Shown here: positions 36,977-46,567 of the stretch, piece by piece | Numbering within the stretch: position 1 is the first letter of the stretch | Layout: each line of letters starts with the position of its first letter | NCBI GenBank assembly: GCA_963620665.1 | Contig: CAVFBA010000006.1 | Span: 2,083-66,082 of the forward strand | DNA length: 64,000 bases | Source: a bacterium | Lineage (GTDB): Bacteria > Bacteroidota > Bacteroidia > Bacteroidales > Marinilabiliaceae | Direction of reading: 5' to 3' | Notes under the pieces: generated by a model | The model's database searches: none | What the model was told of the DNA's origin: nothing | What the model saw: only the letters and a program-made list of their open reading frames with translations | Made by a program: the position numbers and the translations under genes

Positions 36977-38284
36977 ATGCGACACATCCTCTTCCTGCTC
37001 CCACTCCTTCTACTCACACTCGCCTGCACCAACTCCATCGACATCCCCACCGAACCCGACGCCATCTTCGACGAGGACTACTGGGCCACATCCACCGATA
37101 CCGCCGTCACCGGACAAGCCTCCAACATCACCTACTACTCCGCCACTCTCACAGGCAAACTCAACATCCGCTCCTTCAACTCCCTGCCCCAATACTCCAC
37201 CTGGGGCATGCTCCTCTCCACCAACCCAACCCCCTCACCCGACGACCCCGACACACGAACCATAGCCAGCAAACGACAAGCCAAAATATTCACCGTCAAC
37301 GCCACTTCCCTAACCATGGGAACACGATACTACTACCGTGCATACCTCCGCGAAAGCCGAGGCGCGACAATCCGACTCGGCCACACCATGTACTTCACCA
37401 CTCTGACCTGCAACGTCACAACACTACCAGCCACACCCGTCTCTATATTCTCCGCCACACTCCGGGGCGAAAGCAGCGTCCACCTCAACGACACTAAGTT
37501 CCAAGGCGAAGCAGGATTCCTCTACACCACACGTCAAACCGACCGCCCAAACCCCTCCGTCGACACCTTCATCAAAGCACACGTATCCAACGGCGACTCC
37601 ACTCACTTCGAAGCCTCTATCCCCAACCTCCAACCCTCACAAACCATCGTCTACCAAGCATACCTCAAAATCGACACCACCTACTACTACGGAACCCCAC
37701 TCTCCCTCACCACATCTCCTCTCAACATCCAAGACTCCGACCTCCCCGTCGACCTCGGACTTACCACCCTCTGGTGCGCACGCAACGTAGGCGCCACATC
37801 TGCCGAACTCGCCGGCACCTATTTCGCTTGGGGCGACCCAACAGGCGAACTCACCGCATCCAACGCCGACAGCTACCCCTCCGAATCATCCATAGTCGCC
37901 ACCCCCTACGATATGGCAACAGCCAACCTCGGCGCAGGATGGCAACTACCAACGTTCGAGCAACTCCAAGAACTCGTACAAAATTGCGACTGGGCTTGGA
38001 CCACCTACCGCAACACCCAAGGCTACGCCATCGTCAGCCGAGTCAACGCCAACGCCATATTCCTCCCCGCCGCAGGCTACGCCAAACCTCTCGACAAGGA
38101 TGGACGTGAAATACTCGCCGCCAACATCGCCGACCCCATCGGCTACTACTGGTCAGGATCACTCTCCAGCTTCTCACGATTCGCCTATAGCCTCAAAATA
38201 TCCTCCTCCAAAATAGACCTACACCAACTCGATAATGAAAAATCCTACGCCTACACCGTCCGAGCCGTCCTCGCCAACGACTGA
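36977..38284 (+). CDS. Lipoprotein with two beta-sandwich repeats and a C-terminal DUF1566/FISUMP-like domain
   Basis: Lipobox LTLAC. Two modules of about 110 aa (...YYSATLTGKL...YYYRAYL... and ...IFSATLRGES...VYQAYL...). The C-terminus has LWCARNVG...FAWGD...GWQLPTFEQLQELV...FLPAAGY...YYWSGS...TVRAVL. Confidence 0.65.
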   Translation: MRHILFLLPLLLLTLACTNSIDIPTEPDAIFDEDYWATSTDTAVTGQASNITYYSATLTGKLNIRSFNSLPQYSTWGMLLSTNPTPSPDDPDTRTIASKRQAKIFTVNATSLTMGTRYYYRAYLRESRGATIRLGHTMYFTTLTCNVTTLPATPVSIFSATLRGESSVHLNDTKFQGEAGFLYTTRQTDRPNPSVDTFIKAHVSNGDSTHFEASIPNLQPSQTIVYQAYLKIDTTYYYGTPLSLTTSPLNIQDSDLPVDLGLTTLWCARNVGATSAELAGTYFAWGDPTGELTASNADSYPSESSIVATPYDMATANLGAGWQLPTFEQLQELVQNCDWAWTTYRNTQGYAIVSRVNANAIFLPAAGYAKPLDKDGREILAANIADPIGYYWSGSLSSFSRFAYSLKISSSKIDLHQLDNEKSYAYTVRAVLAND

Positions 38285-38363
38285 CGTTCACACTTCTTAA
38301 TGCTTACCTCCCACTTTCACACTTTTTTCTCCACTTTTCTTTTGCATCTTTAAATTATGTGTA

Positions 38364-38371
38364 TAAATTTG
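38364..38371 (+). promoter_or_regulatory. -7 promoter box TAAATTTG
   Basis: Exact TAnnTTTG match. It lies inside the track ORF's 5' extension, which argues for the downstream GTG start at 38398. Confidence 0.45.
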
Positions 38372-38397
38372 CCACTGTCTACTACTTTTTTAAACCT

Positions 38398-39606
38398 GTG
38401 CGCATCTATCGTTTTCTATCGCTGCTTATAGCTCTATTCATCTCCACGGCCTGCTCCAAACAGCCCGACCGTCTCGTCACGTGCACTAACGAGCAATACC
38501 AACGCCTCGACCCAAAAAACGCTAAAACCATAACCCCCGACACCTCAACCACAACCACCATCAACGTCAACCCGCTCTTCAACATCAAAGAGTTCGACTT
38601 CCAGTCCGCCATCTCCAACATCCGCTTCATACCACTCCAGACTACCCCAGAGTCACACGTAGGACGCACCGACCGTCTCATCATCACCAACTCACACATC
38701 TACCTCTCCGACTCCAACTACCTCTTCATCTTCACCCATAGAGGTCAGTTCATCAACAAAATCCTATTCCCAAAAGGCGCATACCACGATTTCACATTCG
38801 ACAACTCCCTATCCGAAATCGTCATCTGTGCCGATAATTTCGTAGGACACTACTACCCCGATGGCCAACTAAAATGGACCGAGCATCTCCCATTCCGCTT
38901 CTCCTCTATCGCTATCGCCAACAACCTCCTCGCCGTGCATTGCGACAGCAACTTCATGAACCCCCACTTCCCACCCGCCCTCGCCTCCTCTCCCTGCTTC
39001 TTCATCGACCGACAAGGCGAACTGACCTCCTACGTCACCCCCCTCTCCCACCGCCCCACATCCCCCATGGCGAGCCGCCGCTTCCAACCCACTCTCGCCG
39101 GCATAGCACTATGCCGTAGCTTCTGCGACACAATCCTCTATGTCATGTCCCCCACACATGTCGAGGCTCGCTACGTCCTCGACTACTCCTCCATGCGACT
39201 CCCCGACCCCGCAACAGAGCAAAACCTCAACGACATATTCGCCGGCCGCCACGACAAAGGGCTATACTACTTCGGCGGCGATTTCATCCCCTCCGCCAAA
39301 GGCTTCTTCTTCGTCCTGCGAACCGAGCGAGCCATGACCATCCGCGCCTTCTACGACGCTCGCACCAATAAACTCCTTGGCGGCATACAACCTCTCGCCG
39401 ACTATTGCGAAATCCCACCTCTCTACAACCCCATCTCCTCCTACGGCGACTCCTACGCCTCTCTATTCCACCCCTATCAGACAGAAAGCGGACGCACCTT
39501 CCGCTTCCTCGGCAACTCAGTCCCCGAAAGCCAAAAAAATATACTCGACGGCGTCCGTCACGACGACAACCCCGTCGTAGCTCTATTCGACATCACCGTC
39601 AACTAA
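38398..39606 (+). CDS. 6-bladed beta-propeller lipoprotein (BF3164-like family)
   Basis: GTG start gives VRIYRFLSLLIALFISTAC (lipobox). IRFIPLQTTPESHVGRTDRLIITNSHIYLSD is the family's characteristic first blade. Start is uncertain (the track gives 38359). Confidence 0.6.
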   Translation: MRIYRFLSLLIALFISTACSKQPDRLVTCTNEQYQRLDPKNAKTITPDTSTTTTINVNPLFNIKEFDFQSAISNIRFIPLQTTPESHVGRTDRLIITNSHIYLSDSNYLFIFTHRGQFINKILFPKGAYHDFTFDNSLSEIVICADNFVGHYYPDGQLKWTEHLPFRFSSIAIANNLLAVHCDSNFMNPHFPPALASSPCFFIDRQGELTSYVTPLSHRPTSPMASRRFQPTLAGIALCRSFCDTILYVMSPTHVEARYVLDYSSMRLPDPATEQNLNDIFAGRHDKGLYYFGGDFIPSAKGFFFVLRTERAMTIRAFYDARTNKLLGGIQPLADYCEIPPLYNPISSYGDSYASLFHPYQTESGRTFRFLGNSVPESQKNILDGVRHDDNPVVALFDITVN

Positions 39607-39607
39607 C

Positions 39608-41302
39608 CTACTCCACCCTGAACTTCCAACTTATCTCACGCCGATTGCCACAACCATCCTCCACCACAGCCTCCAACGTGTGGCTCCCCTTCCCTATCCC
39701 CAAATAGCTCATCCGAGCCTTCAACCGCGTCTTCTTATAGTCATACTCAAACACCTCCCACCGCCCGTCTATCCTGACCTCATACCGCGCCACGCCACTC
39801 TTGTCATCCCCAACCCCAATATATATCCAACCCTCCTTCCCTACAACCGCACCCTTATTCCGCACCCCAACGCTCGGCGCCACCGTGTCCACATCCACCG
39901 TATACGTCCCAAACTGACCCACCTTTGCGCAAATCAAAGCCACATTACCCATCCCCACATCCTCACTCATCTCACCACCAGCATACACCACCCCCTTACC
40001 CACTACCCGCCCCACAAACACCTTCTTCCCAAACGACTTCCACTTCTCAGGCACACTCATCGTCACAACCATCTTCTTCTCCATTGGCTCCCTCACATCC
40101 CCAATGCTATAACCCGCCGGCAACGACACCCCCCTCTCCACCTTCTCCACGTTCACCCACGCATCCCTATACAAACTATGATGCGGTATCACAACGTCAA
40201 CACCCAACGTGTCCTTAGCCCACGTCCTCTCCCACCGCACCAAATCCCCCTTGCCGTCTCTCTTCCTCCCCAACGCCGCGTTCCTGCGACCCCTGAGCGT
40301 GAACGCCACAGTGCTCTTATTCCCCGCAAAATCCAACACCTCATAGCGCATCTTGTGAGTCTCGCCCTCACCCACCACCATAGGCGTCTCACGCGTCACG
40401 TATATCGGCAACTTGTTCCCTGGCTCCACCCACGACTTCTGCACATATCGCTTGTTCACAACGCTCTCACCATAGTCTATATGGCTGTTCACATGCTTAT
40501 TAAGACCAAAAGGAAAATGATCCACCCGCGACCGATACACCAACCGCTCCCCATCATACAGCCTCATCTCAACTATCCCACACGGCCTACCCCCCTTCTC
40601 CACATAGTCCGTACAATGCACCCCAACACCTATCTCCCCATACACGTCCACCGTCTTACCGCTTATCTGAGCCAACTTCATATACTTGTCCGTCTGCCCT
40701 CCCGCCACCTGCGCGTCTTCCCCCAAAGCGTATATCTTGACCCCATACACCGTCGGCGGCACATCATCTTTCTGTGTCGCTATAAATCGCATCGGGTTCA
40801 ACGGCTCCTCCGTCTCCGTGTCCCTTACCTCAAAATGCAAATGCGGTCCCCCACTGCCCCCAGTGTTTCCCGAGTATGCCACCACCTCATCACGCTTGAC
40901 TTCTATCCGACCCCTCTCCAAGAATATCTGCGCCTCAAACGACTCCTTCTCATACTGCTCCCGCCTTATCACGCTGTCTATCTTCGCCGCAAAACCATTC
41001 AGATGCCCATACACCGTCGTATGACCATCAGCATGGTCTATATACAACGCACGCCCATAGCCATACGCCCCAACCTTCACCCGGCTCACCCAACCATCCT
41101 CCGCCGCATGCACCTCCACATTCTCCTCTCCAAACGTGCTCATATCCAATCCCGCATGAAAATGCCCCCCGCGCAACTCCCCGTATGTACCGCTTATCCT
41201 ATACGCCCCCTTCAACGGCACCGCATACTGCTCGTCTCGTGTCTGCGCACTAATCCCCGCTGCGACACATACCGCCACTATGACTGCTACTCTCTTTTTC
41301 AT
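39608..41302 (-). CDS. M23 family peptidoglycan metalloendopeptidase with a long C-terminal beta-rich extension
   Basis: HFHAGLDM ... GNTGGSGGPHLHFEVR (the HxxxD and HxH motifs of LytM/M23). Signal peptide present. Confidence 0.9.
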   Translation of the reverse strand: MKKRVAVIVAVCVAAGISAQTRDEQYAVPLKGAYRISGTYGELRGGHFHAGLDMSTFGEENVEVHAAEDGWVSRVKVGAYGYGRALYIDHADGHTTVYGHLNGFAAKIDSVIRREQYEKESFEAQIFLERGRIEVKRDEVVAYSGNTGGSGGPHLHFEVRDTETEEPLNPMRFIATQKDDVPPTVYGVKIYALGEDAQVAGGQTDKYMKLAQISGKTVDVYGEIGVGVHCTDYVEKGGRPCGIVEMRLYDGERLVYRSRVDHFPFGLNKHVNSHIDYGESVVNKRYVQKSWVEPGNKLPIYVTRETPMVVGEGETHKMRYEVLDFAGNKSTVAFTLRGRRNAALGRKRDGKGDLVRWERTWAKDTLGVDVVIPHHSLYRDAWVNVEKVERGVSLPAGYSIGDVREPMEKKMVVTMSVPEKWKSFGKKVFVGRVVGKGVVYAGGEMSEDVGMGNVALICAKVGQFGTYTVDVDTVAPSVGVRNKGAVVGKEGWIYIGVGDDKSGVARYEVRIDGRWEVFEYDYKKTRLKARMSYLGIGKGSHTLEAVVEDGCGNRREISWKFRVE

Positions 41303-41323
41303 CTGTCTGTTGTCGTCTGTTGT

Positions 41324-42055
41324 CTATTGTTTTCCTCCCACACCCGCTTCCGCAACCCTGAGCTTCTCCACCGTCCCCACGTCATACCAATACCTCCCCT
41401 CCCCTATCCGCTCCCTCCCTATCCTAAACTCCCCAGCCGCACCCAAATAAGCATCCACAACCCCCAACTTCCTCACCTCGCCAAACGCCCTGACCAACCT
41501 CTGCTCCACAACGTGCAACCCGTTAAACGCCTCCCGCCACACCACATCCACCTCACGAGCAACACGCCTCCTGCCATTCTTCACATCCTCCCAACCACAC
41601 AACAACCCGTCTCCCCCAAATAGCAAATGACGTGTCGACTCCCGCCCACTCGTCAGCAACGTGGCATCCCACCCATGCCGCCTATGAGCCTCTATCAACT
41701 CACACACCGGCGCATCCGTCACCACATCCGCATTGCCTATCACTATCGGCCCCGCTCCCTCCATAAGACCCAACGCCTTTATCAACCCACCACCAGTGTC
41801 CAGCAACTCCCCACGCTCATCCGAGATAACAACCTCCGCTCTCCACCGCCACCTGTTCTCCTCCACATAATCCATTATCTGCTCCCCAAAGTGATGCACG
41901 TTAATCACTATATGATCCACCCCGCCATCCATCAGATGCTCCACAGCACGCTCCAACAACGTCTTGCCGCACACCGTCACTAACGCCTTAGGCCGTGTGT
42001 CTGTCAGCGGAGCCAAACGCGTGCCAAGACCCGCAGCGAATATCATCCCGTTCAT
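41324..42055 (-). CDS. murU: Sugar-1-phosphate nucleotidyltransferase, probable MurNAc-alpha-1-P uridylyltransferase
   Basis: MIFAAGLGTRLAPLTDTRPKALV N-terminal nucleotidyltransferase motif. 4-bp overlap with the upstream AmgK-like kinase gene, as in the amgK-murU recycling pairs. Confidence 0.7.
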   Translation of the reverse strand: MNGMIFAAGLGTRLAPLTDTRPKALVTVCGKTLLERAVEHLMDGGVDHIVINVHHFGEQIMDYVEENRWRWRAEVVISDERGELLDTGGGLIKALGLMEGAGPIVIGNADVVTDAPVCELIEAHRRHGWDATLLTSGRESTRHLLFGGDGLLCGWEDVKNGRRRVAREVDVVWREAFNGLHVVEQRLVRAFGEVRKLGVVDAYLGAAGEFRIGRERIGEGRYWYDVGTVEKLRVAEAGVGGKQ

Positions 42056-43485
42056 TGCTGCTCCACATGCTTGAGTTCAACCTCCACACCAGGCCACATC
42101 TCTCCTATCCACCGCGACACAACCTCAGCGCAATATACCGACCTGTGCTGACCTCCCGTACACCCAAAGCTCACCATCAAGTCCGTAAAACCTCGCTCCA
42201 CATACCTCTGCACACTCATCCCCACAACCGTCTTCACCGCGTCCAAATAGCGCGTCATGACCTCCTCATGCCCCGCAAAATACTCTATCACGTCCATATC
42301 ACGACCCGTGCTATGCCTATACCTCTCCTCCCTCCCAGGGTTAGGCAAAGCCCTGCAATCAAACACATGACCTCCACCATTGCCACTGACATCCGCCGGT
42401 ATCCCATGCTTATACGAGAACGAGAACACACGCACCTTCAACTTGCCCCCCGCGCCTATCGCCTTCAACTTCTCCGATGTCACCACACTCTCCAACACCC
42501 GCATCAACTCCGGCACCTTGACGTCCGGCCTATGATTCTTCAATATATCCCCAAGGTTAGCCAACGCGAATGGTATGCTCTTCAAGAAGTGCTGCTTGCG
42601 CTCAAAATACCCCCTGTATCCATACGCCCCCATAGCCTGCATAATCCTTATCATGCAATAGCCATAGTAATGCCTGATGAACGCCTCCACCTCATTATTG
42701 CGTAGCCGGCTCGTGTAGAACGCCAACAACTCATTGCGTGCCGCACTCGGTATATCCGCCTTAGCGTCATACAGCAACGACGCCACGTCATACTGCCGCG
42801 CACCGCGCCGCCCACCCTGATAGTCTATAAACCACGGCTCTCCCTCCGAGTCTATCATGATATTGCGACTCTGAAAGTCCCTATACATGAAATACTTGCA
42901 ATTAGCCTGAAGCAGATAGCTTATGAACACATCAAAATCCGCCTCAAGATTAGCCTCGTCAAAGGCTATCCCAGCCAACCGCAAGAAGTAGTATTTGAAG
43001 TACTGCAAGTCCCACATCATGCTCTGACGGTCAAAGTCCGACCGCGGGTAGCATAACCCAAAGTCCACATGCTGCCTCCCCTTAATCTGAAAATCTATAA
43101 GCGAGGCAAGCACCCTCTTATACGTCTCCTTCAGTCGTGGCGTGAACGCTCCCTCGTTCTCCCTGCGCTCACTGTTTATCAAGTCGAAAAGTGACACGCT
43201 CCCCAAGTCCTGCTGCAAATACACACCCGCACCCATATCCTCTCCATATATCTCCGGCACACGCAACCCCGCCTCACGCAATCCCTTGCTGAAACTCAAG
43301 AATGCCACATTCTCCCTGTCATTCTCACCCAACACGCCTATCGCCTTGCGCTCACCCGCACTCAGCCTATAATATGCCCTGTTCGACCCCGAGGGAGGCA
43401 ACTTCTCCACCCTCGGCGTAACGTCACTACCAGCCCATGCGGCAAACAACCCGCACAGCCGCTCTATACGTTCTCTGTTTTCCAT
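42052..43485 (-). CDS. Fusion protein: AmgK-like (APH-fold) sugar kinase plus a RapZ C-terminal-like domain
   Basis: The N-terminal ~330 aa have the phosphotransferase fold (SGSNRAYYRL; DFQSRNIMI; FIDYQG). The C-terminal ~140 aa read VRVFSFSYKHGIPADV...HVFDCRALPNPGREERYRHSTGRDMDVIEYF...VSFGCTGGQHRSVYCAE, matching the RapZ/UPF0042 C-domain motifs (SFG.K.G.P...D.R.LPNP...GCTGG.HRSV). Start set to ATG 43485 to avoid overlapping the S46 gene. Confidence 0.7.
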   Translation of the reverse strand: MENRERIERLCGLFAAWAGSDVTPRVEKLPPSGSNRAYYRLSAGERKAIGVLGENDRENVAFLSFSKGLREAGLRVPEIYGEDMGAGVYLQQDLGSVSLFDLINSERRENEGAFTPRLKETYKRVLASLIDFQIKGRQHVDFGLCYPRSDFDRQSMMWDLQYFKYYFLRLAGIAFDEANLEADFDVFISYLLQANCKYFMYRDFQSRNIMIDSEGEPWFIDYQGGRRGARQYDVASLLYDAKADIPSAARNELLAFYTSRLRNNEVEAFIRHYYGYCMIRIMQAMGAYGYRGYFERKQHFLKSIPFALANLGDILKNHRPDVKVPELMRVLESVVTSEKLKAIGAGGKLKVRVFSFSYKHGIPADVSGNGGGHVFDCRALPNPGREERYRHSTGRDMDVIEYFAGHEEVMTRYLDAVKTVVGMSVQRYVERGFTDLMVSFGCTGGQHRSVYCAEVVSRWIGEMWPGVEVELKHVEQQ

Positions 43486-43486
43486 A

Positions 43487-45544
43487 TCACTCCACGTTTT
43501 CCACACCCACAATATCCATCTCCCCTATCACTCTCCCACCACCACATATCTTCTCTATCACATACAGCACATAGCGTATGTCCACCGATATGTTCCGGCT
43601 CCGCGCAGCGTCAAACCTGTAGTCCGACGCTATGCCGTTCCATATCCTGTCAAAGTTCAACCCTATCAACTCCCCACTGCTGTTCAATGTCGGGCTGCCA
43701 CTATTACCACCCGTTGTATGCACGCTCCCCACAAAACACGTGTGCAGCGTCCCGTCCTTGTCCGCCCAACGCCCATAGTCCCCACTCAACTTCTCCTTCA
43801 CGCCCTCCGACAACGCATAGTCCTCTATCCCCGACTCATTCTTAGCCAATATCCCCTCCGCGGCGGTATAATATCTGTCCACAGCCTCTATCCCCGTCCG
43901 CGGCGCCTCCACCTTGCCGTATGCCACCCGCATCGTGAAGTTGGCATCGGGTGCTATAAGGCTGTCTGGCCTGAGCTCCATAAGCCGCTTTGTATACTGT
44001 CTCTTCAATTCGTGCAACTTGACCTCTGCCGCACTGTTGTCCTCCCTCTTCTCCCACATCACCTCCATTAACGCCTCCGCCAGCTTCACCGCCACGTCAC
44101 CACTCACCCTATCCCTCGCGTCACGACTCCTCAACGCGCCAATCATTGCCTCCTCACTCGCAAACAACCCACTCGTGACCTCCATAGCCAACTTCGCCTC
44201 TCTCTTCCTCCTCACCATCCAGGGCAACTCCCTAACGCCACTCTCCTTCAACGCCTTGAGCCCAGCCTCCAGCGTCTCCCTCTCCGCCTGTATGTCTATA
44301 TGACCAAAATGCTCCCTCACAGCCTCCTCTATATCACTGCGCCTCACGCCCCTCATCATCATACGCTTCACCTTCATGGCCATCATCAACGTCCTGCTGC
44401 CACGCCACGTGTCCTGCATCAACCGCCTTGTCAACTCCGCACCCACATAACGCTCATCATACACCTCGTCTATCGCTCCCAATATCGAGTCCATACGCAC
44501 ATCCTCTCGCAACACCCTCTGCTCCTCACGCATCCGCCTCACTATCTCCGCCCTGTCGGTGCAATCTATCTCTCCCGCCGTCCGCTTCTTGCCATTGGCT
44601 ATGCTCGAGTAGTGGCTCGCATAGTCTATCGCCGTCTTGCGCTCCGCCTGCATCCTCGCCTCCAAAGCCGTCATCTCCGCCTGACGCAACGCCACGACAC
44701 CCGGCCACACCTTCCCGCGCAACGCCTCGACAGCACCAGCCGTCAAATACTGGTTCGTAGTGCCAGGAAATCCCATAACCATGGCGAAGTCACCCTCCTC
44801 AACTCCACCAGCGTTTATCCTCAAACTCTTCTTTGGCCTATATGGCTTGTTATTCGCGCTATAATCCGCCGGCTCATTGTCCTCACCGGCATAAACCCTG
44901 AACAACGTGAAGTCCGCCGTATGACGCGGCCACACCCAGTTGTCAGTCTCCCCTCCAAAGCCACCCAAGTCCCCAGGAGGCGCCACAACCAACCTCACGT
45001 CCCGGAACACCTCATATACCATCAGTATAAACTGGTTGCCATAATACATCTCCTCCACCCCTGCCTCATATCGTCCCCTCTCTGCCGCCTTCCTGCATAT
45101 CCCGTTCACCGCCGCCGTGTCGCCCATGCTCTTCACAATGTGGCTCACGTCCTCCATCCGCACCAAGTGCCTGACCTCCAGCCCCTCGCATGGCAACTCC
45201 TCGCCTAAGCTCTGCGCCGCGTACCCCTGCGCCATCAAATCCCTCTCGGGCGTGCTAAGCGCGCTCACCGCATCCTCACCACAATGATAGTTGGTCAATA
45301 TCAACCCCGTCTCCGACACCATCTCGCCCGTACAGCCACCTCCGAATATCATCACCGCGTCCTTCAGGCTCGACCCGTTAGCACTGTATATCTGCTCGGC
45401 CGTGAGACGACCGCCCGCCGCCTGAATCTCCCCCATATTCGCCCCTATAAATATCGGCAGCCACATGCCAGGCCCCGCCAATGCCCCCACCGCTACCCCA
45501 ACGATGCACCACACCAACATCAATGCTCTCTTCATCATAACCAC
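43487..45544 (-). CDS. S46 family dipeptidyl-peptidase (DPP7/DPP11-like)
   Basis: GMWLP ... GGCTGEMVSETGLILTNYHCG (catalytic His) ... C-terminal GGNSGSPTLN (catalytic Ser). Exact start is uncertain (MVMMKRAL). Confidence 0.85.
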   Translation of the reverse strand: MVMMKRALMLVWCIVGVAVGALAGPGMWLPIFIGANMGEIQAAGGRLTAEQIYSANGSSLKDAVMIFGGGCTGEMVSETGLILTNYHCGEDAVSALSTPERDLMAQGYAAQSLGEELPCEGLEVRHLVRMEDVSHIVKSMGDTAAVNGICRKAAERGRYEAGVEEMYYGNQFILMVYEVFRDVRLVVAPPGDLGGFGGETDNWVWPRHTADFTLFRVYAGEDNEPADYSANNKPYRPKKSLRINAGGVEEGDFAMVMGFPGTTNQYLTAGAVEALRGKVWPGVVALRQAEMTALEARMQAERKTAIDYASHYSSIANGKKRTAGEIDCTDRAEIVRRMREEQRVLREDVRMDSILGAIDEVYDERYVGAELTRRLMQDTWRGSRTLMMAMKVKRMMMRGVRRSDIEEAVREHFGHIDIQAERETLEAGLKALKESGVRELPWMVRRKREAKLAMEVTSGLFASEEAMIGALRSRDARDRVSGDVAVKLAEALMEVMWEKREDNSAAEVKLHELKRQYTKRLMELRPDSLIAPDANFTMRVAYGKVEAPRTGIEAVDRYYTAAEGILAKNESGIEDYALSEGVKEKLSGDYGRWADKDGTLHTCFVGSVHTTGGNSGSPTLNSSGELIGLNFDRIWNGIASDYRFDAARSRNISVDIRYVLYVIEKICGGGRVIGEMDIVGVENVE

Positions 45545-45550
45545 GCCCTC

Positions 45551-46147
45551 CTATTTGCCTAATGCGCACAACTCAGCATAGAGCCGCTGCGTGGGCAGCC
45601 CCATGACGTTCTGATACGAACCCTCTATATAGTCTATCCCCACCAACCCTATCCACTCCTGTATGCCATACGCGCCCGCCTTGTCCAGCGGCCGGCACTC
45701 CTCAACATACCGCTCTATCTTCTCTTCACTCAACACCCGCATCGTAACCTTCGTCTCGACAGAGAAACTCACACGCCCACCACCCGTCACGATGCACACC
45801 CCGGTTATCACCTTATGCTTGCGCCCGCTCAGCAGCCTGAGCATCCTCTTGGCATCCTCCACATCGTGCGGCTTGCCCAATATCACCTTGTCCAGCACCA
45901 CCGTGGTGTCGGCAGTAATCACCACGTCGCCCTCGCGCATCCCACCAACATACGCGTCTGCCTTCTCGTTGGCTATATATTCCGCCACGTCTTTCACGTT
46001 CATCGTCTCGGGATATGTCTCAGATATCCCATCCTTCACTTCCACCTCAAACTCCAATCCCATCTCCCGGAGCAACTCCTGCCGCCTCGGCGAGCCACTC
46101 GCCAATATCAAGCGCATGCCGTCTATAGTCTCTGTCATCTGCTTCAT
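45551..46147 (-). CDS. maf: Maf family nucleoside-triphosphate pyrophosphatase
   Basis: LILASGSPRRQELL ... ITADTTV ... GKP ... AGAYGIQE. Confidence 0.9.
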   Translation of the reverse strand: MKQMTETIDGMRLILASGSPRRQELLREMGLEFEVEVKDGISETYPETMNVKDVAEYIANEKADAYVGGMREGDVVITADTTVVLDKVILGKPHDVEDAKRMLRLLSGRKHKVITGVCIVTGGGRVSFSVETKVTMRVLSEEKIERYVEECRPLDKAGAYGIQEWIGLVGIDYIEGSYQNVMGLPTQRLYAELCALGK

Positions 46148-46182
46148 CCTGATAAGTTGTTTCTTCGCTATCTTAAATCCCG

Positions 46183-46190
46183 CAAAGATA
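46183..46190 (-). promoter_or_regulatory. -7 promoter box TATCTTTG for the maf-S46-amgK-murU-M23 operon
   Basis: Reverse complement of caaagata, 36 nt upstream of ATG 46147. Confidence 0.5.
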
Positions 46191-46391
46191 CGGTTTTATT
46201 CTCTTAGCCCCCTAAATACAACAACCCCTCTCACGCCCACCCGCTCCACTCCTACCCACCTCCTGATGTCTGCCTCTCTGTCACATAATATCACACTTGC
46301 GCACTCATTTCCGTCATATCGCGTCATCTCGTAGCCACCTTACCCTATCCATATCAGTTTTTGTTCCATACGACCACTGCCCCCCCCATTT

Positions 46392-46454
46392 TGTCGTTTA
46401 TCACCTCAAAAGTGTCGTTCGTCACTTCTCAGATGTCATTTCGTCAAAAAATGA
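46392..46454 (+). repeat. Three 21-bp-phased direct repeats (TGTCnTTyrTCAC-like) upstream of the coiled-coil lipoprotein promoter
   Basis: tgtcgtttatcacctcaaaag, tgtcgttcgtcacttctcaga and tgtcatttcgtcaaaaaatga. Starts at 46392, 46413 and 46434. A further ttcgtcacc sits at 46523-46531. Confidence 0.8.
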
Positions 46455-46487
46455 AATTTCCTTCACCACCATTCAAATATTTTACCA

Positions 46488-46495
46488 TAACTTTG
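46488..46495 (+). promoter_or_regulatory. -7 promoter box TAACTTTG for the coiled-coil lipoprotein / beta-barrel operon
   Basis: Exact TAnnTTTG match, 73 nt upstream of ATG 46568. Confidence 0.5.
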
Positions 46496-46567
46496 TCTCT
46501 GAAAGGATGGCGGATACTAATGTTCGTCACCTTAGTTAACTTTTTAACCCTTAATCTAACTAACGGA

